Of a stretch of DNA of 64,000 nt, positions 59,044 to 64,000 are shown in pieces. This DNA comes from Promethearchaeota archaeon (GTDB lineage Archaea > Asgardarchaeota > Lokiarchaeia > Sigyniarchaeales > SOKP01). Made by a program: the position numbers and the translations under genes. The notes beneath the pieces were generated by a model. The model saw only the letters and a program-made list of their open reading frames with translations. It made no database searches and was not told the origin of the DNA. Each line of letters opens with the position of its first letter. The first letter of the stretch is position 1. Where the stretch lies: the NCBI GenBank assembly GCA_019058295.1, contig JAHPZI010000006.1:32001-96000 (forward strand), in the 5' to 3' direction.

Positions 59044-60849
59044 TCACATCCCCCACCAGGGGTGTTCCTTTTCTCTCTTTAACTGAATATATTCTCTCAA
59101 TGCTTCTTTTTGATCGCTTGTTAATTCGTTTAGAAATTTTGCCATTAACTGTCTTACATGGGATTCTGGAACGTTAACAAATAGCGTTTCGTCTTTCCCA
59201 ATATCACGTCCGATTTCAATACCTCGAACAGATATTGCCACTTCCTTATCTTTATCAGCTTTATCTAAAGATTGACCTTTATCTTGTATTTGATGAACTC
59301 TTCCAATTAGTTTGCCCTTATCAGTTATTAAAGGAACTTTTGATTTTAAAGTGCCTCCTTCGACACTTACACCAAAAACCGCCGGATTTGAATTTCTGAA
59401 AATGTACTCTGGGAACATTTTAATTTTAGCTGGCAAAATTAATTCTCCCAATTCTTTTGCGGTATCTTCAGCTCGTCTAGTCTCTGCATATTCTATATAA
59501 TCCTCTAATAAGCGATATATAACATTATTAGTAAAAATTCTAATATTATCAATGTAAGCTTGCTCCTTCGCTTCAGGCAAAATAGGCACATTAAAGCCTA
59601 AAACCACTGCCGAATATGGATCAAACTCATTAACGATATTAGCGTTCATAATATCTTCTTTTTTAATTGGCCCTACATCTGCGATAGAAATACTTATGCC
59701 ATTTTTAGTTAAATGATTCTCTAAAGCTTCAAGAGATCCTAGAGTATCTGTTTTCAAAACAATACCAGCTTTTTCTGTTTTTATTTTAATACTTTCAACT
59801 TCGGCTTCAATTTCACTATATACGCTTTCTTCTTCGGAAGGGTCTGCAATTATCCTAAAAGGAGAACCAGCCACTACATCTTCAATATTTGGAGCGAGTA
59901 TTTTAAGACCAGCAGCTGCACTTATTAAATCCTTGTTATCAAATTTTTGTCTCGGATCCCTAATCTCATCTAAAGGTTTTGGCACCAATAATGCTCTAAC
60001 TTTTGATTTAATCGGTTTTTCTAAACCTCCAACGATAAAATTATCGCCTTTTCTAATGATTCCATCATATATTAAAAGATCTATTGTTTTTCCATATCCT
60101 TTTTCTTTTTTAACTTCTAATACGACGCCCTTTGCAGGTCCTTCAGAAAATTTCAAATTCTGAGTTAGGAATTGTTGGACTAATCCCATTAGTACCATTA
60201 AAAGAGTAGAAATTCCTTCTCCAGATTTAGCACTGGTGGGAATGATTGCAATTTTTTTTGTAAAGTCTTTTATTTTATCATATCGATCAATTCCTTTAAA
60301 ACCTTCTTCCAAAAAACTACCTACGATTTGAAGAATCTTCTCGTCTAAAAAATCTTTCACATGTGGTTTCTGTTTATTATAGGAATCCAAGAAGTCAGCG
60401 TCTTTTATTGATTTCCAACCTGAAATTCTATCGATTTTATTAGCAGAGATTATAAATGGCGTTTTTTTCTCTCGAAGAATTCGCACAGATTCCCATGTAA
60501 TTGGCATGGTACCAGCAGTTACATCAATGACTAAAATCGCGATATCTGCAACAGCACCGCCTCTTTTCCTTAAATTCATAAAAGCAGCGTGACCAGGAGT
60601 ATCAACAACCAAGATTCCCGGAAGCTTGATATCTTTCTCTGCAAATTCTTTCTTTGATTTTGCTAAGAAATCTTTAATGTTCTCAGTTGGAAAATAAGAT
60701 GCACCTATATGTTGTGTAATTCCTGCGGCCTCTCTTTTTTGAACTATAGTCCCACGGATATAATCCAAAAGGGACGTTTTTCCATGATCTATGTGCCCCA
60801 AAATACACGCTATTGGTGCTCTTATTATTTTCTTTTCTTGCTCAGCCAT
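59044..60849 (-). CDS. infB: Translation initiation factor aIF5B (IF-2)
   Basis: GHIDHGKTSLLD, EAAGITQHIGA, DTPGHAAF, NKIDR, DTLGSLEAL, FRNSNPAVFG. Confidence 0.98.
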   Translation of the reverse strand: MAEQEKKIIRAPIACILGHIDHGKTSLLDYIRGTIVQKREAAGITQHIGASYFPTENIKDFLAKSKKEFAEKDIKLPGILVVDTPGHAAFMNLRKRGGAVADIAILVIDVTAGTMPITWESVRILREKKTPFIISANKIDRISGWKSIKDADFLDSYNKQKPHVKDFLDEKILQIVGSFLEEGFKGIDRYDKIKDFTKKIAIIPTSAKSGEGISTLLMVLMGLVQQFLTQNLKFSEGPAKGVVLEVKKEKGYGKTIDLLIYDGIIRKGDNFIVGGLEKPIKSKVRALLVPKPLDEIRDPRQKFDNKDLISAAAGLKILAPNIEDVVAGSPFRIIADPSEEESVYSEIEAEVESIKIKTEKAGIVLKTDTLGSLEALENHLTKNGISISIADVGPIKKEDIMNANIVNEFDPYSAVVLGFNVPILPEAKEQAYIDNIRIFTNNVIYRLLEDYIEYAETRRAEDTAKELGELILPAKIKMFPEYIFRNSNPAVFGVSVEGGTLKSKVPLITDKGKLIGRVHQIQDKGQSLDKADKDKEVAISVRGIEIGRDIGKDETLFVNVPESHVRQLMAKFLNELTSDQKEALREYIQLKREKEHPWWGM

Positions 60850-61078
60850 TTTTTTAATGCTTGCTGGAAATAATTATCTATATGGAATAAAAAATGAATC
60901 TAAAGATTAGAATTTTATTAATGATTTAAAAGTTGAAATTTATATATAATGATTTTTTTTAAACAACATAGTGAGTAAATAGAGTTGGTTAATTATGATA
61001 TTTTTTTATTGGATTGGAAAAAATCTCACTAAAATTAAAAAAAATCGATGAAAATTATATCTAATTATTATATTTGAC

Positions 61079-61927
61079 ATGCCAAAAATTGAAATTAGAT
61101 GCCCAGCTTGTAATAAAAAAGGATATATGGAAGTAGATGGAGTCATTTTAGAAAGGAAAATGGAACGGGGCATTATGACTATAAATTTAGGAAAAGATCA
61201 AATATGTGAGCATACATTCGTAGCCTATATTGATAATAATCTCCAAGTGAGAGATTGTTTTATAACCGATTTTCAAATCGAAATTCCAGAATTAGCTCCA
61301 TCTGAAATAGTTTTAGAAACAAAAATTCCCAGTTCTGAAGAGCTTAATGTAGATTTGATCAAAATGAACTTCTATCCCCTTACACTAACTTTTATTATAA
61401 GAGGAGGTTTTTTAAACAAAAAAATATTAGTTTTGAGTGAAGATGAATTTTTAAATAATTTTCTCAAGAATTTCTTCGAATTTATTTATAAAAATTCCTT
61501 TAATTTAGATATTATCATTTTGTCAATGGAAAAATATAAAAAAAATAAGAAGAATTATGAAGACTTCTTAATTATTAAAGACAAAAAGATTATAAGAGAT
61601 AAGGATAAAATACTTGATGTTAAAAAACTAAAAATAGAAAGTTTAATTATTCAAAGGTTTTATTCTGAATATATAGCAAATTCTAGCTTACTTTTTCTGA
61701 AAAATGAAATTTATAAAACTTATTTATTATCAAAAAGCATTGTAGATTTTATTAAAGAATTTAAAGGAGAAGAATTACTTTCAAAAAATATCCTTGATAA
61801 TTTAGAAAAAGTTCATAATGTTAAAATACAAATACCATATTTGGATTTCTTACTTGAAATTGTTAAAAATTATTTTAAAGTGGAAGTGCCAAAAACATCT
61901 AAAATTTCAGATTTCCTAAAATTTTAA
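61079..61927 (+). CDS. Hypothetical protein with N-terminal CPxC...CxH zinc-binding module
   Basis: RCPAC.K.G...ICEHTFVAYIDNNLQVR...DF; a pattern I associate with an expanded Lokiarchaeia family. Confidence 0.7.
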   Translation: MPKIEIRCPACNKKGYMEVDGVILERKMERGIMTINLGKDQICEHTFVAYIDNNLQVRDCFITDFQIEIPELAPSEIVLETKIPSSEELNVDLIKMNFYPLTLTFIIRGGFLNKKILVLSEDEFLNNFLKNFFEFIYKNSFNLDIIILSMEKYKKNKKNYEDFLIIKDKKIIRDKDKILDVKKLKIESLIIQRFYSEYIANSSLLFLKNEIYKTYLLSKSIVDFIKEFKGEELLSKNILDNLEKVHNVKIQIPYLDFLLEIVKNYFKVEVPKTSKISDFLKF

Positions 61928-62010
61928 CATGAATTTTATATATAAGAGCATTGATTTATATTATAAATAAAAATATATCATAAAAATATAGAAAAAGTTG
62001 AAATCTGCCT

Positions 62011-62745
62011 ATGGCGTTATATATATTACCAACTGAACAATTAATTAGTGGATTATTCAGCCTTTTTTTTGTGATAATCTCATTAATTATTGGATTAATG
62101 TTAATCTCGAAATATTTCAGATATAAACAAAGTAACTTTTTATTAGTTGGTTTGACGTGGATTGGAATGGTTTCAATATGGTATCCTAGCGCAATCAATG
62201 TAATATATTTTTCCATTACAGGTAAGAGTATATCGGATTTATTATTTATGGCAATTGGAAATGGTTTAATTCCAATTACCGCATTTATTTGGATGATTAC
62301 GTTTACAGATCTTTTATATAAAGAGAAACAAAAAATAATTCTTATAATATTTGGGATTTTAAGCATTTTAACTGAAATCATATTCTTCTATTTTCTCTTT
62401 ACAGAACCATCTGTTCTTGGAAAAGTAGTATCCCCTGTAGACGCTATAACGACATTACCGGTTATAATTTATCATATATCCATATTACTCATGATCTTAA
62501 TAACAGGGATATTAATATGGAGAGAATCTTTAAAATCCACTGATCCAGAAGTTAATTTAAAAGGAAAATTACTTCTTACAGCAGTTTTATCTTTTATCAC
62601 TGGGGCCATTTTTGAAATTTTTAGCGATTTATCAATTATTATAATAATTATAGGTAGATTAATATTGATTTCCTCGAGTCTCGAATTTTATATGGGCTGG
62701 ATACTTCCATCGTTTATCAAAAATCGATTATTAAAAGAGAGTTAA
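62011..62745 (+). CDS. Seven-TM membrane protein of unknown function
   Basis: Seven hydrophobic segments; C-terminal Y.GW.LP motif. Confidence 0.75.
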   Translation: MALYILPTEQLISGLFSLFFVIISLIIGLMLISKYFRYKQSNFLLVGLTWIGMVSIWYPSAINVIYFSITGKSISDLLFMAIGNGLIPITAFIWMITFTDLLYKEKQKIILIIFGILSILTEIIFFYFLFTEPSVLGKVVSPVDAITTLPVIIYHISILLMILITGILIWRESLKSTDPEVNLKGKLLLTAVLSFITGAIFEIFSDLSIIIIIIGRLILISSSLEFYMGWILPSFIKNRLLKES

Positions 62746-62779
62746 TTTAAAATTAACTTATTATTTTTTTTTTAATCTT

Positions 62780-64000
62780 TCAGTTAGAAAAATTCAGAGA
62801 TTTTTTTAAATATTTAGCTGTATATGATCTTTCATTTCTAATAATCTCTTCCGGACTTCCCATAACAACAATTTCACCCCCTTCATCACCACCTTCTGGA
62901 CCTAAATCAATAATATAATCCACAGATTTTATAATTTCCATATTATGCTCAATAATTATTACGGTATTGCCTTTATCGACTAATCTTTGAAGGACTTTTA
63001 ACAAAATCTTTATATCATAAGCACTTAATCCTGTTGTTGGTTCATCTAGAATATAGAGAGTATTGCCTGTACTCGTTTTTCTTAATTCCCTAGCAATTTT
63101 TAGCCTTTGAGATTCTCCTCCACTTAAAGTTGTTGATGATTGTCCCAATTCTAGGTAACCTAAGCCAACATCCACAACAGTTTTTAGCGTTCTTTTTAGG
63201 TTTGGAAAACTATCAAAGAATTGTAAAGCGTGATCAAAAGTCATGTCCAGAACGTCTGAAATTGTTTTTTTCTTAAATTTAATTTCAAGAGTTTCCGCAT
63301 TATATCGCTTTCCTTTACATAAATCACATCTAATATAAACATCAGGAAGAAAATACATTTCCTTAAGGATGTAGCCTGTGCCTCTACATTTTCTACAATG
63401 ACCTGCCTTTGTATTAAAGCTGAATCTCCCTTTTTTATATCCTCTTTCTCTAGATTCCTGTAATGCAGCAAATATATCTCTAATATAATCCATAGCTTTA
63501 GAATAAGTTGCGGGAACTGACCTTGGTGTCTTTCCTATTGGTGATTGATCAATATTAATGATTTTATCAATGTTCTCAAATCCATTTATTTCATCAAAAT
63601 CACCTGTCCTTAATTTAGAGCTTCGAATATTAACAAGATTATGTAATCCTTTATAAAGACATTCAATAAACAAACTAGTTTTACCAGCTCCTGAAACTCC
63701 TGTTACACACGTAAATATTTCTAATGGAATTTTTACATTTACATTTTTTAAATTGTTTTCTCTAGCGCCTTTAATCTCAATAAAGTCATCTCCAATATTT
63801 CTTCTTTTTTTAGGGATTGCAATTTTCTCTTTTCCAGATAAATATTTTCCAGTTAAACTATTTGCTTTTATTATGTCTTCGACTGGCCCTTCTGCAACTA
63901 TTTCTCCACCGTGTTCTCCTGCCATTGGTCCTAAATCAATGATATGGTCAGCATTTCTAATTACAGCATCATCATGTTCTACAACTAATACAGTATTTCC
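62780..64000 (-). CDS. uvrA: Excinuclease ABC subunit A, C-terminal part (runs off right edge)
   Basis: [39 protein letters not shown], CxxC Zn finger, [23 protein letters not shown]. Confidence 0.98.
   Translation of the reverse strand, partial: GNTVLVVEHDDAVIRNADHIIDLGPMAGEHGGEIVAEGPVEDIIKANSLTGKYLSGKEKIAIPKKRRNIGDDFIEIKGARENNLKNVNVKIPLEIFTCVTGVSGAGKTSLFIECLYKGLHNLVNIRSSKLRTGDFDEINGFENIDKIINIDQSPIGKTPRSVPATYSKAMDYIRDIFAALQESRERGYKKGRFSFNTKAGHCRKCRGTGYILKEMYFLPDVYIRCDLCKGKRYNAETLEIKFKKKTISDVLDMTFDHALQFFDSFPNLKRTLKTVVDVGLGYLELGQSSTTLSGGESQRLKIARELRKTSTGNTLYILDEPTTGLSAYDIKILLKVLQRLVDKGNTVIIIEHNMEIIKSVDYIIDLGPEGGDEGGEIVVMGSPEEIIRNERSYTAKYLKKSLNFSN

Noticed and set aside
2530-63471. Numerous 60-140 aa ORFs antisense to or nested in long genes (e.g. 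3494, 11847, 15919, 38133, 48403, 61956)
   Set aside because: Shadow ORFs of well-supported genes; no motifs.

Overview
AT-rich archaeal chromosomal segment, almost certainly an Asgard archaeon of the Lokiarchaeia type (archaeal r-proteins, Rpo7/Rpo10/Spt4, Kae1/Bud32, TFB, class I CCA enzyme, aIF5B, divergent EF-2, together with Rab-like and Arf/Rag-like GTPases, Roadblock proteins, a gelsolin-like protein and an LRR protein). About 55 CDS; I see no rRNA, tRNA, CRISPR array or mobile element. Three genes are missed or truncated by the ORF track: a partial surface protein at the left edge, rpl24e and full-length rpo7; the last two have no ATG/GTG/TTG start and appear to initiate at ATA. Best leads for new biology: (1) a TrmB-like wHTH protein split by a symmetric ~550-aa helical hairpin with an FFFGKKKK tip (candidate DNA-membrane tether); (2) a translationally coupled operon of a 1770-aa FG-GAP/integrin-alpha-like surface protein plus an ABC-2 exporter; (3) an ~11 kb GTPase neighbourhood holding two Rab-like GTPases, a Roadblock, an Arf/Rag-like GTPase with a repeat linker and WH2-like tail, and a 1241-aa pseudo-Rab/alpha-solenoid; (4) a surface protein with a GAIN/ZU5-like HFS autoproteolysis motif; (5) tandem GT-C-like genes with patchwork 100% identity. 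All family calls are by motif recognition, not database searches.
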